Positions 21,331-31,589 are shown, counted from the stretch's first letter. The stretch: DNA of 64,000 nucleotides from a bacterium (GCA_963692865.2 OY843592.1:2048001-2112000); one strand, 5' to 3'. A program made the numbers and translations. The notes: generated from the sequence alone by a model not told the origin.

Positions 21331-22098
21331 TCAGTCGAACGCCGCCGTCTGCAGCATGTAGCGCCGCATGAGACGGCCGATGGTGAACTGGAAGGCGCGA
21401 TCCGTGACGAGGCCGATCAGGCCCAGCAGGAACAGGCCCGAGAACATCTGCTCGGGAAGCAGCATGTTCCGGCTCTGCATGATGAGGTAGCCCACGCCGG
21501 ACTCGGCCGCGATCATCTCCGCGGCCACCACCCCCATGAACGCGAAGCCGAGCGCGACCCGAAGCCCGGTGAGGATGAACGGCCAGGCAGAGGGCAGCAC
21601 CACGCGCGTGAAGATTTCCCAACGCCCCGCGCCCAGGCACATGGCCGCGCGGACGCGAATCTGGGGGGTGGACGCCACCCCCGCTGCGGTGTTGAAGACG
21701 ACCGGAATGATGGTCGAATAGATGATGACGAAATACTTGCTGGGCTCCTCCAGGCCGAAGGCGTTCACCGCCAGCGGAATGATGGCGACCGGCGTAATGT
21801 TGCGCACGAACTGAAGGGGCGGTTCGAGCATGTCTTCGGCAATCCGGATCCGCGCGACGGCGACCCCCGTGAGAATCCCCAGGACGGACCCGAACGCGTA
21901 ACCGACGATCACGCGCCGGAGGCTGGCCCAGGCGTGAAAGAGTATCTCGCCCTCCGCCGTCATCTCCCAGAGGTTCACGGCCACCTTGTGCGGCGGGGGC
22001 ACCAGGATCGGGTTGAAGACGGCGCCGCTGCTCAGCCACCACAGGGCGAGCGCACAGGCGACCGATAGCGTTCTCAGAAAAAACTTCCGGGGGTTCAC
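21331..22098 (-). CDS. ABC permease (SsuC/TauC-like), paralog
   Basis: AAMCLGA..VVLPSAWP, VVAAEMIAAESGVG. Confidence 0.9.
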   Translation of the reverse strand: MNPRKFFLRTLSVACALALWWLSSGAVFNPILVPPPHKVAVNLWEMTAEGEILFHAWASLRRVIVGYAFGSVLGILTGVAVARIRIAEDMLEPPLQFVRNITPVAIIPLAVNAFGLEEPSKYFVIIYSTIIPVVFNTAAGVASTPQIRVRAAMCLGAGRWEIFTRVVLPSAWPFILTGLRVALGFAFMGVVAAEMIAAESGVGYLIMQSRNMLLPEQMFSGLFLLGLIGLVTDRAFQFTIGRLMRRYMLQTAAFD

Positions 22099-22880
22099 CG
22101 CGCGCGCATCCTCTGTACTTCTTCGTCGATGAGCGACTCGACCCGGCTGTACATGGCGGCGAAATCGGGATTGGACGGAGAGCGGGGCTCCTCCAGGTCG
22201 ATCTGAAAGATCTCCTTGATCCCCGCCTCCGGCCCGGCCGTCATCACCGCCAGGTGGGTGCTCAACAGGAGCGCCTCGAAGATGTCGTGGGTGATGTAGA
22301 AGATGGTCTTGCCCGTCTCGTCCCAGATCTTGCGGAATTCGACCTGAAGGTGTTTCTTCGTGATCGCGTCCAGCGCCGCGAACGGCTCGTCCATGAGGAG
22401 GATGTCCGGGTCGTTCGCCAGCGCGCGGGCGATCTGGATGCGCTGCTTCATCCCGCCCGAGAGTTCAAAGGGAAACTTCCCGCCGTCGGCGTCGAGGCCC
22501 ACGAGCCGAAGATACCTGTCGGCCAGCTCCTTGCGCGCCGGGGCGCCGAGGCGGGCCATCTTCGGGCCGAACTCCACGTTTTCGCGCGCGTTCATCCAGG
22601 GGAAGAGGGCGTTGCTGACGTCCTGGAAGATGACCGTCCTGTCCGTTCCGGGTCCGGTGACGGGGTTGTCGTCGAGGGAAACGCCTCCCGTCGTCGTCCC
22701 TTCAAAGCCGGCGACGATGTTGAGGAGGGTGGATTTGCCGCACCCGCTCGGCCCGAGGAGAGTGAAAAAAGCCCCCCGCTCCACTGTCAGGGTGACGTCC
22801 CGCAACACCTGCGCGACGCCCCCGTCGGCGCGGTCAAAATCCTTGCCTACGCCCTCCAGGCGTAAGACCCGCCAGTTCAC
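22095..22880 (-). CDS. ABC ATP-binding protein (SsuB/TauB-like)
   Basis: GPSGCGKST, LSGGMKQR, LLMDEPF; GTG start after GGAGG. Confidence 0.92.
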   Translation of the reverse strand: MNWRVLRLEGVGKDFDRADGGVAQVLRDVTLTVERGAFFTLLGPSGCGKSTLLNIVAGFEGTTTGGVSLDDNPVTGPGTDRTVIFQDVSNALFPWMNARENVEFGPKMARLGAPARKELADRYLRLVGLDADGGKFPFELSGGMKQRIQIARALANDPDILLMDEPFAALDAITKKHLQVEFRKIWDETGKTIFYITHDIFEALLLSTHLAVMTAGPEAGIKEIFQIDLEEPRSPSNPDFAAMYSRVESLIDEEVQRMRAR

Positions 22881-22937
22881 ACCGCCTCCCCGTCCCCGCC
22901 CCCGGCCGCCGTTTGGCCGGCCGGAGGCGGGGGAAAC

Positions 22938-23122
22938 CGCGCTGTTGAAAAACCCCTCGTGGGCCCCTGCAAGTAAAGAGTTTGTAGGGACAGGCCCCCG
23001 TGCCTGTCCGAGTGCGGTGGGAGGACACACAGGTCCTCCCCTACAAGAAGCATCGCGTTTTGACCCGTAGGGGCGGCCCTATGTGTCCGCCCGGTCTCGA
23101 AAGAGGCCTTTTCAACAGGCCC
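22938..23122. mobile_element. MITE-like element (185 bp) inside the ABC operon
   Basis: CGCGCTGTTGAAAAA ... TTTTCAACAGGCCC flanked by AAAC on both sides; GTAG REPs inside. Confidence 0.75.
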
Positions 23123-23144
23123 AAACCGCGTTTTCGTCCCGCGC

Positions 23145-24134
23145 CTACTTGATGAGCTTGGAGCTCACCGACTTCAGGCCCCTCGAGTCAAAGAGCTTGC
23201 CCCAGTCCACTTTGGCCTTGGACTTGCCCTTCGAGATCATGAAGTTGTTGAGGGAGTCCATGTCCTTTCGGAACTGCGGCGTATAGGACACGTCCATGTT
23301 CATGACCGCTATCATCCGCTTGGCCTTCTCCGCGGGGACCTTGAACTCCTTGCCCACGATCTTCGCCGCTTCGTCGAGGTTCTTCGCGGAGAATTCGGCC
23401 CCTTGGATCGTCCCCTTGATGAGGGCCGTCACGGCGTCGAAGTCGTTGTCGATGAGGTCCTTGCGGGCGGAGGTCACCATGTACTCGGTGAAGAAACCCT
23501 TGCCCGTGCTCAGGATGTGCACCTTCTTCGCTCCCGACACCTCGACCGACCGCCAGCCGAAGGGCTGCCAGATGGTGAAGCCGTCCAGGTCGCCCCGGTC
23601 GAGGGCGACGACCATCTCGGCCGGCTTGACGTTCTTGTACTTCACGTCGGAGAGCTTGACGCCGTTCGCGTCGAGATACTTGGCCGCGAAGAACTCAGAC
23701 GTCGTCCCCAGCCACACGCCCATGGTCTTGCCGATGAAATCCTTGGCGCTCTTGACCGATGTTTTGGAGACCACCACCGAAAGTTCGGTGTAGTGCGCGG
23801 AGGGATGTACCCCGACTATCTTCCCCTTGGTCTGGAGCCAGGTGCGCACGGCGGGCCAGTCGCCCGTGTTCACGAAGTCCCCGCGGCCCGCGATGAACGA
23901 CTGCGCGGCGACGCCGCCCGAGGTGAAATGCTTGAGTTTCACGTTGAGCCCCAGCTTCTTGTAGAACCCCTTGTGGACCGCCGCCACTATCGGCGCGAAC
24001 TGGGGCGTGGAGCCGATGAGATAGGTGTACTGCGACTTCTTGGGCGCCGCCCCCGATGGAACGGCGACGGCCAATGCGAAGGCCGCCAGTAGAATCAGCA
24101 CAAATAAGCGCTTCCTGCCTGCCGTGTGACGCAT
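23145..24134 (-). CDS. ABC substrate-binding protein (SsuA/TauA/NMT1-like)
   Basis: Signal peptide, FTSG, GTTSE, WQP motifs; first gene of the ABC cluster. Confidence 0.88.
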   Translation of the reverse strand: MRHTAGRKRLFVLILLAAFALAVAVPSGAAPKKSQYTYLIGSTPQFAPIVAAVHKGFYKKLGLNVKLKHFTSGGVAAQSFIAGRGDFVNTGDWPAVRTWLQTKGKIVGVHPSAHYTELSVVVSKTSVKSAKDFIGKTMGVWLGTTSEFFAAKYLDANGVKLSDVKYKNVKPAEMVVALDRGDLDGFTIWQPFGWRSVEVSGAKKVHILSTGKGFFTEYMVTSARKDLIDNDFDAVTALIKGTIQGAEFSAKNLDEAAKIVGKEFKVPAEKAKRMIAVMNMDVSYTPQFRKDMDSLNNFMISKGKSKAKVDWGKLFDSRGLKSVSSKLIK

Positions 24135-24296
24135 TGCTCATCCTCCTTGTTGTGATTGCCTCGAAAAACGAACATCGTCCGCAACTTCCCTGGACGAGCC
24201 CGTGTAGCCTATGCTCCGGTTATCCGGGGCAGCCGCCTGGATTCGCTGAAAAATGCCCGCGTTTCATGCCGCGCTTCGCCTTCCTCCCGTACAAAG

Positions 24297-25652
24297 TCAG
24301 AGCGTCACCGTGCTCCGGCGCTGCTCTTCGATCTTCCGCTTGATGTGGGGGAGGATTTCCTCCTTCGGCCTGCCGCAAACGTCGAGCAGCAGGCTCGCAT
24401 AGACCTTCGTCGTATGGTAGAGGTCCTCCAGGCTCACGTGCTCGCCGATGTTCGGGTCCCACCCCGGCACCCCCGAGCGGGTCCTGCCGGAGGGTCCGTA
24501 GTTGAGGGTGGGAACGCCGTAGCGCGTGATGTGGGAGGCGTCCGATATCCAGCCCTCGGTCACCGTTTCCGGGTCCTGGCCGTGCACCGACTTGTGGGCG
24601 CGCTTGATGGCGCCGTAGATGTATTCGTCCTCTTCGATCTCGGCCCCCGGGTTGGACATGTACATCTCGAGGTCCACCTTGAGGTCGGGGTCTCCCGCCA
24701 CGATCTCCTCGATGATGTCTTGAATCTCGCGCTTGATCTCCAGAGGGTGCTGCCTGGGCAAGAGGCGCGTATCCAGATACAGGTTGCAGAAAACGGGGGT
24801 GCGGCTGCACCGCCAGGGCCAGCCGCCCTCGATGGCAGCAATGTTCACGTTGGCGTTCGAATTGCCGTAGGGGTGCGCTTCGCGGTATTTGGGCGCCCAG
24901 CGCTCCAGGGCGTCGAGGATTTTCTTCATCTTCAAAATGGCGTTGACCGCGTTGTGCGCGTAGGTCGTGTGGGCCGGCGTCCCGTAGACGGTGATCTTGT
25001 GATAGACGTAGCCCATGTGGCCGAGGACCACCCGCATCTCGGAAGGCTCGCCGATGACCGCCATGTCGGCGGTGCCGCCGTGCGTGGCCAGATAGCAGGC
25101 GCCGCATCCGCCGCCCCGGTAGTGCTTGCCCTGGTACTGGTCGACAGCCCCCATCTCGATCTCGCCGCCCACCGCCCCGACAGTGACGTTTCCCTTGAGT
25201 TTCACGCCCGCGTCCTGGATGGCGTTGAGCGCCTCGACGTAGCAGGCGATGGCGCCCTTCATGTTGTAGATGCCCAGGCCGTATATCCACTCCTCGCCCG
25301 TGGCGGAGTCCGTCTCGCTCCAGGCTTGGGGCTGGTAGGCGGGGAGCTTGGGGAGGCCGGGCTCCTTGCCCGAGTAGGAGGTGTCGATATGACCGCAGAA
25401 GAGAAACTCGATTCCTGTGCCGTCGCCATGCAGGGTTCCCAGCGCGTTGAAGCGATCCGTCTCGAACTCCTGGAGGCGCGACGCCAGCCCGATGGACTCG
25501 TAGCGGTCGCCGAGGAAGTGGGCGATCTCGCTCTCCTCCCCGGTGGGACTCCAGATATCGACGAGGTCCATTCCCAGCTTCTTGAGACGCCCTTTGTCGA
25601 TAGCCGCCCAGACTTTCTCCCGATGCTCGTCCATGCCCGTCGCCCGTTCCAT
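24297..25652 (-). CDS. M20 family metallopeptidase/deacylase (ArgE/DapE-like)
   Basis: SPTGEE, GHIDT, YGLGIYNMKG, GEIE, IGEP, GEHV. Confidence 0.9.
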   Translation of the reverse strand: MERATGMDEHREKVWAAIDKGRLKKLGMDLVDIWSPTGEESEIAHFLGDRYESIGLASRLQEFETDRFNALGTLHGDGTGIEFLFCGHIDTSYSGKEPGLPKLPAYQPQAWSETDSATGEEWIYGLGIYNMKGAIACYVEALNAIQDAGVKLKGNVTVGAVGGEIEMGAVDQYQGKHYRGGGCGACYLATHGGTADMAVIGEPSEMRVVLGHMGYVYHKITVYGTPAHTTYAHNAVNAILKMKKILDALERWAPKYREAHPYGNSNANVNIAAIEGGWPWRCSRTPVFCNLYLDTRLLPRQHPLEIKREIQDIIEEIVAGDPDLKVDLEMYMSNPGAEIEEDEYIYGAIKRAHKSVHGQDPETVTEGWISDASHITRYGVPTLNYGPSGRTRSGVPGWDPNIGEHVSLEDLYHTTKVYASLLLDVCGRPKEEILPHIKRKIEEQRRSTVTL

Positions 25653-25897
25653 AAGTCCTCTCCCTCTCCTGGCCGGGCTGCCGCCCGGCGAACACGGCCT
25701 GCGAAGAGACGACGGCGATAACGGGGCCCTGCGCATGAAGCCGAAACGAGGTGAAAACGAAACCCCTCCCCGATTCCTCATCGGGCGCTCGCAATCTCAA
25801 GCGCGCTTTATTTTCAGTGTGTTTTTGATCCTAGCAGAATCAATGCGCGAATCAAACCACGCGCGACGCATCTTCCCTTTCGGAATATCGGGTGATG

Positions 25898-26043
25898 GGG
25901 GTGTTGTGAAAGCCCCGATTTCGTGATTTGGCGCATGCAACCGACCGGGGAGGGAGGAGACATCGCTCCTCGCGTGAGGGGGTTGTTGCCCCCCATCGAG
26001 AGTGTTTGCCGGAATGACGAGCAAAGGCGAAACCCCTGGATTC
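25898..26043. repeat. degenerate MITE end plus REP remnants
   Basis: GGGGTGTTGTGAAAGCCCCGATTTCGTGATTTGGCG matches the module at 15028; GCCGGAATGACG half-site. Confidence 0.6.
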
Positions 26044-26149
26044 CACATTCACTGCCGTCTTGTCGGAAATGATGCCGGCATGAGGGAGGAAAATCGCCCG
26101 GCAGGCCCGAAGAGCGCCCCGGCCCTTACGCCGGCCGGGGCTTCTTCGC

Positions 26150-27421
26150 TCAATCCGGGATGTAGGCGGCCAGCGACGCCAGAATCCGGCATCCGGGCAC
26201 GGGCATGGGCGTGGCGGTCTGCGCGCTCATGTTCACCGGCGGCGCGTCCGTGAATGCGCCGCCCCATACTTCGAACGCGCCGTGCAGATCAGCCATGTCG
26301 TGGAACACGGTCTGGCTTCTCACGACGTCGGCGAGGCTCCCTCCCCCCGCGCGGCAGATGGCGTCCGCGTTCTCGAGTATGTATTCGGTCTGGCGCTTTA
26401 CCGGCGAGGAATGCCAGGGGAGCCCGGAACTCACGCGAACCTCGGGCGCGAGGCCGCTTTCGTCTGCGGCGATCTGCGTCGAGAGCCACAGATACGGACC
26501 CGTCTTGACGGCGTGCGGCTCATGGAAGAGGGGGGCCGGAACTTCGGGCGACAGGATCGTCCGGCGCTCCAGCCCGCCGCCCGGACGCAGGGCCATGGAG
26601 CTGACCTCGATGCGCGCGCCGCCGATGGCCAGATCGTCGCAGGGGATGACGCTGCGCGCGGGCGGATCGTCCGCGAAGAACTCGCGCCACACGTGATCCA
26701 CCGCGGGCAGATCCTCCATGTGGGTGAGGTAGACGGAAGTCTGGACGACGTTATCGAGGTCGAGGCCCAGTTCGTTCAGCACCTTCCGCTTGGTGCGGAG
26801 GATGTACTCGGTCTGGCGCTTGATGGCGGACTGGTGCCAGAAGGTCGGGTCGACGCGGGCGTCGGGGTGAATCCCGGTCGCGTAATCGGTGGCGATCATC
26901 CCCGGCATCAGCACGAAGGGGCCTGCGGACTGGGCCGCGGGGTAGCCGGTCAGGGATTTGGGCACGAGTTCAAGGTCGTGCGTCTGCTTTTCCCACCCCG
27001 ACGCTGGCTTGAGCGCAAACCCGTCGCATACGATGAGCGCGTCGGGCACCTCCAGGGCCTTCGCCACCACCCGCGTGCTGGTCGGGTGCGCCCTGGCCAT
27101 GTAGGCCTGCCTCGTCGCGGAATACCACGCGGCCTGCTCGCGACCGGTGATGAACTGCTCGATGCGGATCAGATCCTCGAACCCGAGGCCCGCGCTTTCG
27201 AGTATCTTCCCCATCCGCCCGAGGATGACGTGGGTCTGCCGCGCCATGGGCGGAGGTCCCGCGAACGGGTTCTCGGGGTCCGCGGCGGCCTCTGGCGCGA
27301 CGCCGGTGGCGTAGTCCGTCGCCATCTGTCCGGCGAAGAAGAGCAGGTGTTCGGTCTCGATTGCTTCTGACTGCGCCTTAGGGGAGGCGGGACAGGCTTC
27401 TGGAACGATCACGCGCTTCAT
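26150..27421 (-). CDS. Rid (YjgF/RidA) superfamily protein with three tandem domains
   Basis: Three ~135-aa repeats (AGQMATD/PGMIATD/STQIAAD ... RQT..IL ... D(L/V)(I/V)); PPARSVI in domain 2. Confidence 0.88.
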   Translation of the reverse strand: MKRVIVPEACPASPKAQSEAIETEHLLFFAGQMATDYATGVAPEAAADPENPFAGPPPMARQTHVILGRMGKILESAGLGFEDLIRIEQFITGREQAAWYSATRQAYMARAHPTSTRVVAKALEVPDALIVCDGFALKPASGWEKQTHDLELVPKSLTGYPAAQSAGPFVLMPGMIATDYATGIHPDARVDPTFWHQSAIKRQTEYILRTKRKVLNELGLDLDNVVQTSVYLTHMEDLPAVDHVWREFFADDPPARSVIPCDDLAIGGARIEVSSMALRPGGGLERRTILSPEVPAPLFHEPHAVKTGPYLWLSTQIAADESGLAPEVRVSSGLPWHSSPVKRQTEYILENADAICRAGGGSLADVVRSQTVFHDMADLHGAFEVWGGAFTDAPPVNMSAQTATPMPVPGCRILASLAAYIPD

Positions 27422-27827
27422 GATGTCTCCTCGAAGGGGTTTTCTCATATGGGCCGGCGGGGGCGTCGTCCGCGCCGGTTCGACAAGCGGTGTCCATCCG
27501 TATCCTTATCATTTTATCAGGCCTGGATGATACCACGACGCAGGCGCGAACGACGGCGCCCCGAGTGCCGCGCCGAGCGCTAGGCGGTGCGTCCCGGGGA
27601 GGTCGGCCTCGGCCGCGTCGCCAGGATGAGCCGCGAGTTCGTCCGCGCGAGCGTGAGAGGCGATAAGGTTTTACTCATCGGCCGGTTACGGTGGGGCTCC
27701 CCCGCACGGGGAACCTTTTTTCATTGGCCGGGGAAATACTGGAGTTCATCCGAAAACATCGGATCGAATGCATCGCCGAAATCGCCGGTGTCAGGCGGAG
27801 AAGAAACAACCAAGACATTCGCATGGT

Positions 27828-27855
27828 TTGACAATCAACGGGTTGTTGCTAGAAT
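27828..27855 (+). promoter_or_regulatory. sigma70-like promoter
   Basis: TTGACA-N16-TAGAAT with extended TGn. Confidence 0.6.
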
Positions 27856-27903
27856 TTATCATAAGATGGTGTTGACTATTGGGACTTGTTTTTGGTGGTG
27901 GTT

Positions 27904-28089
27904 ATGAGAGAACTTGTTCGGAAAGTTCAGAGCGACAGCGCCGACGAGGGCGTAAAGGCTCTGATGCGCGCGGCTCAGGAGGGCATGTCCGAGCAGGACA
28001 AGCTCCAGAAACGAGATGAATATCTTGCGAAAGGATGTTCTCTCGATACGGCCAACAAACTTTTTCCCGACTTGCCTCCGCTTCAATAG
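27904..28089 (+). CDS. small hypothetical protein (61 aa)
   Basis: Follows a near-consensus promoter; GGTGGTGG before the ATG; lower GC. Confidence 0.55.
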   Translation: MRELVRKVQSDSADEGVKALMRAAQEGMSEQDKLQKRDEYLAKGCSLDTANKLFPDLPPLQ

Positions 28090-28344
28090 CTAGCCGTACC
28101 TTCCGATTCTCCGCGCTTGTTCGACGAATTCTTCGATGTCCCACCCCATGGCGGGCGCGAATTTCCTTGCCTGCTCGTACAAATCATCATCTGAAAAGCA
28201 ACTGCTCGTCAGGTGCCGAATAATTTCCCGGTCATTCAGCGGCTTACCCTTTCCGTCGAAACCGGTTCTTGCCGCTTGAATAATCATTTCCGCTTCGGAC
28301 ATGTATCGAATGTCGCGAGGGTCTTCCTCATTACCCATCCGCAC
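28090..28344 (-). CDS. small hypothetical protein (84 aa)
   Basis: RBS AAGAGGAA; stop codon abuts the convergent gene. Confidence 0.6.
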   Translation of the reverse strand: MRMGNEEDPRDIRYMSEAEMIIQAARTGFDGKGKPLNDREIIRHLTSSCFSDDDLYEQARKFAPAMGWDIEEFVEQARRIGRYG

Positions 28345-28638
28345 GGTTGCTATGTTCCTCTTTCATTTCGCCGGGTAAATCGTTTTTACATCGAAGATGG
28401 ATTGTATGCCATTCAGACATGCCCCATCGGAGCCTGTCTGGAATCGGGTGTTCGTGAACCAAACGACGCGCAATATCCGATAAGCGATCATACTATCGAA
28501 CGAAAAAGATACCGAGCTGAACGCGCCCCGCCCCGGAAGTCCACGAATCCCCCCGTTTTCAATCCCGGCGATATGTATTATGCTTATAAGCATCCTGTGG
28601 GAACTTGACTATCTACACTCAGCAGAGGGGATGAAGCC

Positions 28639-29373
28639 ATGTCCACGCAAGTAGAGATTCTCGATCGCTCCGAAATGACGGATCAGTTGAAGGAAATGAT
28701 TTCGCTCGATCCCAAGGAAACCACCATCGTCACCATCGACATGCACCGGGGGCACCTCGACCCCGAAGTCGCCACCATGCCGGCGAGTGACGAGGATTGC
28801 GAGAGCGTCATCAGCGCCGCGGAGGAACTCCTCGGTTTCGCCAGAAACCACGGAATTCCCGTCGTCCACGTGAAGCTCATCTTCCGGAAGATCCCCGGGC
28901 TCGGAAGCGAGGGTATGAGAGTCCATTTCTGGAAGGCGCTCCATGACATTCAGGACGAGAAGAACCGCCTCACCCTGGGGCGCAAGAGCACGGTGAACGA
29001 CCACAACATCATGGGCGAGGTGACGACGGAGATGATCCCCTCTCTCGTGGAAGAGGGCGACTACGTCATCGACAACAAGAAGCGCCTCGACTGCTTCATG
29101 GGAACGGACCTCCAGATGCTCCTGGACTCACTCGGTACGAAGAACGTGTGCCTGATGGGCATCAACACGAACACCTGCGTTCTGAACACGGCCTTCACCG
29201 CCTTCAACTACGACTACCGAGTGGTGATGCTCTCCGATTGCGTGAAGAGCATGTACGGGCCGGATCTCCACGTTTTCGGGATGCAGAACGTCATGCGCTG
29301 CCTCGGCTGGGTGTTCGACAACGAGGAGTTCATGGAGAAGGTGGCCGAGGGCGCCGAAGGCAAGAAGAGCTGA
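28639..29373 (+). CDS. isochorismatase-family cysteine hydrolase
   Basis: IDM, KKR.DCF.GTDL, GINTNTCV (D-K-C triad). Confidence 0.9.
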   Translation: MSTQVEILDRSEMTDQLKEMISLDPKETTIVTIDMHRGHLDPEVATMPASDEDCESVISAAEELLGFARNHGIPVVHVKLIFRKIPGLGSEGMRVHFWKALHDIQDEKNRLTLGRKSTVNDHNIMGEVTTEMIPSLVEEGDYVIDNKKRLDCFMGTDLQMLLDSLGTKNVCLMGINTNTCVLNTAFTAFNYDYRVVMLSDCVKSMYGPDLHVFGMQNVMRCLGWVFDNEEFMEKVAEGAEGKKS

Positions 29374-29481
29374 TTCCCCGCGCTCGATATGAGCGTCTCC
29401 AATGTCTCACAAGCAGGCTGTAGTGGCCGCAAGCGGTCGAAGAGCGGCTTATTGGCTTACTAACAGAAGAGGATTTACAAG

Positions 29482-30276
29482 ATGCCGAAAGTTCAGGTGG
29501 GTGATGTAGAGCTTTACTACGAGGATTACGGGGAAGGCGTGCCCGTCGTCCTCATCCACGGCCTCGCGGGCGATTGCAGCGCGTGGAAGGCCCAGATCGC
29601 GAGCCTGGAGAAGAACTACCGCGTACTGGCCTTCGACAACCGGGGGGCGGGCAGGAGTTCCGCGCCCGATTATCCCTATACGTCCAGCCATTTCGCGGCC
29701 GACACCATCGGCCTGATGGACGCGGTGGGCATCACCGAGCCCGCGCACGTCATCGGCCGCTCGATGGGGGGAGCCATCGCCCAGATGATGGCGCTCGACT
29801 ACCCGGACCGCGTGAGGAGCCTCCTCATCACCGCCTCTTTCGGCAAGCTGGACAGGTACGGCTATCAGATTCTCTACAACATCAACGAGGTGGTGAAGGC
29901 CCAGGGCTACGCGCCCGCGGCGATGCACCAGTCGCTTTTCTTCTTCCCGCCTCACTATTTCAACGACAACAAGGAACAACTCGACGCGTTCGAGGCGGGG
30001 CTCGGGAACACGGACAGGCCCATACCCGGCTACGTGAATTCCACCCACGCCTGCCTGACGCACGACGCGCTCGACAGGCTGCAAGAGGTGAAGTGCCCGA
30101 CGCTCGTGCTCGCGGGCGGGCAGGACGTGCTTTGCGCGGCGAGCGCGTCCCAGGAGATAGCCGACCGCGTGCCGGGTTGCGAAATCAAGATTTACGAGGA
30201 GGCGAGCCACTTCTTCCTCATCCAGTGCTTTGAGGAATCCTTGCGCGACATCGAGGATTTTCTGGCGAGAAACTAA
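29482..30276 (+). CDS. alpha/beta hydrolase (RutD/PcaD-like)
   Basis: HGLAGD, DNRGAGRS, GRSMGG, ASH. Confidence 0.9.
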   Translation: MPKVQVGDVELYYEDYGEGVPVVLIHGLAGDCSAWKAQIASLEKNYRVLAFDNRGAGRSSAPDYPYTSSHFAADTIGLMDAVGITEPAHVIGRSMGGAIAQMMALDYPDRVRSLLITASFGKLDRYGYQILYNINEVVKAQGYAPAAMHQSLFFFPPHYFNDNKEQLDAFEAGLGNTDRPIPGYVNSTHACLTHDALDRLQEVKCPTLVLAGGQDVLCAASASQEIADRVPGCEIKIYEEASHFFLIQCFEESLRDIEDFLARN

Positions 30277-30395
30277 AGACGGGCGAGGCGCGGGCGCAGT
30301 TCCCGCCCTCCTGGTTTTCAGATCGCATCGCGGCGGGTCCGGCGGGCTCGCCGCGATGGTGATTTGTGGGGGTGATTTTCGGGAGATTTCTCTAC

Positions 30396-31589
30396 ATGGC
30401 TAAATTTACGGATCCCATCGAAGTGCGCGGCCGGCGCATCAAGCACCGCATTCTGATGTCAGCAATGACGACCTCGCGCGCAGAAGAAGACGGCGCGCCC
30501 TCCGCCTGGTCGCACGCGCACTACAAGGCCCGCGCCCGGGGCGGCGCCGCGGTTTGCTTCACCGAGGCGACCTACGTCAACCAGGAGGGGAAGGGCTTTC
30601 CCAACCAGTTGAGCACGCACGACGACGCGCACGTCCCTGCCCTTCGCGATTTGATACGGGCGGTCGAGGAGGCGGGCGCGCCGCTCGCGGTGCAGATTTA
30701 TCACGCCGGCAGAACCGCGCTCAGCGCCATCACGGGAATGGAGCCCGTGGGGCCTTCCCCCATCCCGCACCCCACCGAGGACGAGGTGCCGCGCGAGATG
30801 AGCGAGGCGGAGGTCAAGACCGCCGTAAAGGCTTACGGAGATGCGGCGCGCAGGGTGCGCGAGGCGGGCGGAAAGATTCTCGAGATTCACGGGGCCACCT
30901 GGTATCTGTGCCAGCAGTTCTTCTCCCCGGCTTCGAACCGGCGGACGGACGGCTACGGCGGCGCGCTCGCAAACCGCATGCGCTTTCCGCTCGAGGTGGC
31001 GCAGGCCGTGCGCGAGGGCGGGGGAGACGAGATGGTGGTGAGCTACCGCCTGGGTCTTCTGGAGCCTTTCGAGAACGGCTTCACGGTGGAGGACACGCTG
31101 GCTCTCGCGCCCGCCCTCGTGGAGGCGGGGGTGGACATTCTCCATTGCTCGCGAAACGCGCGCGTGGGGCTGCCCGTCATGCCGGATCTGTACAACCCCG
31201 CCTTCGACAGGCTGCGCAAGGCGGTGGACGTTCCCCTCGTCGCGAACGGGGCCGCCTTCGAGCCCGCGCGGATTCAGGCGTATCTCGACGGGGGCGCCGA
31301 TTTCGTCGGCGTGGGGCGGGCCCTGCTCACGGATCCCGATTACGCGAACAAAGCCCTCACAGGGCGGGATGGAGAAGTCATCCGCTGCATCGAATGCAAG
31401 CCGTGCGCCTTCATGACGAACAGCAAGTGTCCCGACGATGCCTATCCCACGGGTATGCCCGAATCGATGGGCGAGGTGATCGAAATCGCCTCCACGATGG
31501 CGGGCGGCGGCTACGCGCCCACGGCGAAAAAGCGCCTCACCACCGACGCGCCGATAGAAGAGCAGCCAGAGGGTTCGTCTATTTCGTGA
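30396..31589 (+). CDS. NADH:flavin oxidoreductase (OYE-like) with C-terminal Cys motif
   Basis: RARGG, QIYHAGR, SNRRTDGYGG, CIECKPC. Confidence 0.9.
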   Translation: MAKFTDPIEVRGRRIKHRILMSAMTTSRAEEDGAPSAWSHAHYKARARGGAAVCFTEATYVNQEGKGFPNQLSTHDDAHVPALRDLIRAVEEAGAPLAVQIYHAGRTALSAITGMEPVGPSPIPHPTEDEVPREMSEAEVKTAVKAYGDAARRVREAGGKILEIHGATWYLCQQFFSPASNRRTDGYGGALANRMRFPLEVAQAVREGGGDEMVVSYRLGLLEPFENGFTVEDTLALAPALVEAGVDILHCSRNARVGLPVMPDLYNPAFDRLRKAVDVPLVANGAAFEPARIQAYLDGGADFVGVGRALLTDPDYANKALTGRDGEVIRCIECKPCAFMTNSKCPDDAYPTGMPESMGEVIEIASTMAGGGYAPTAKKRLTTDAPIEEQPEGSSIS

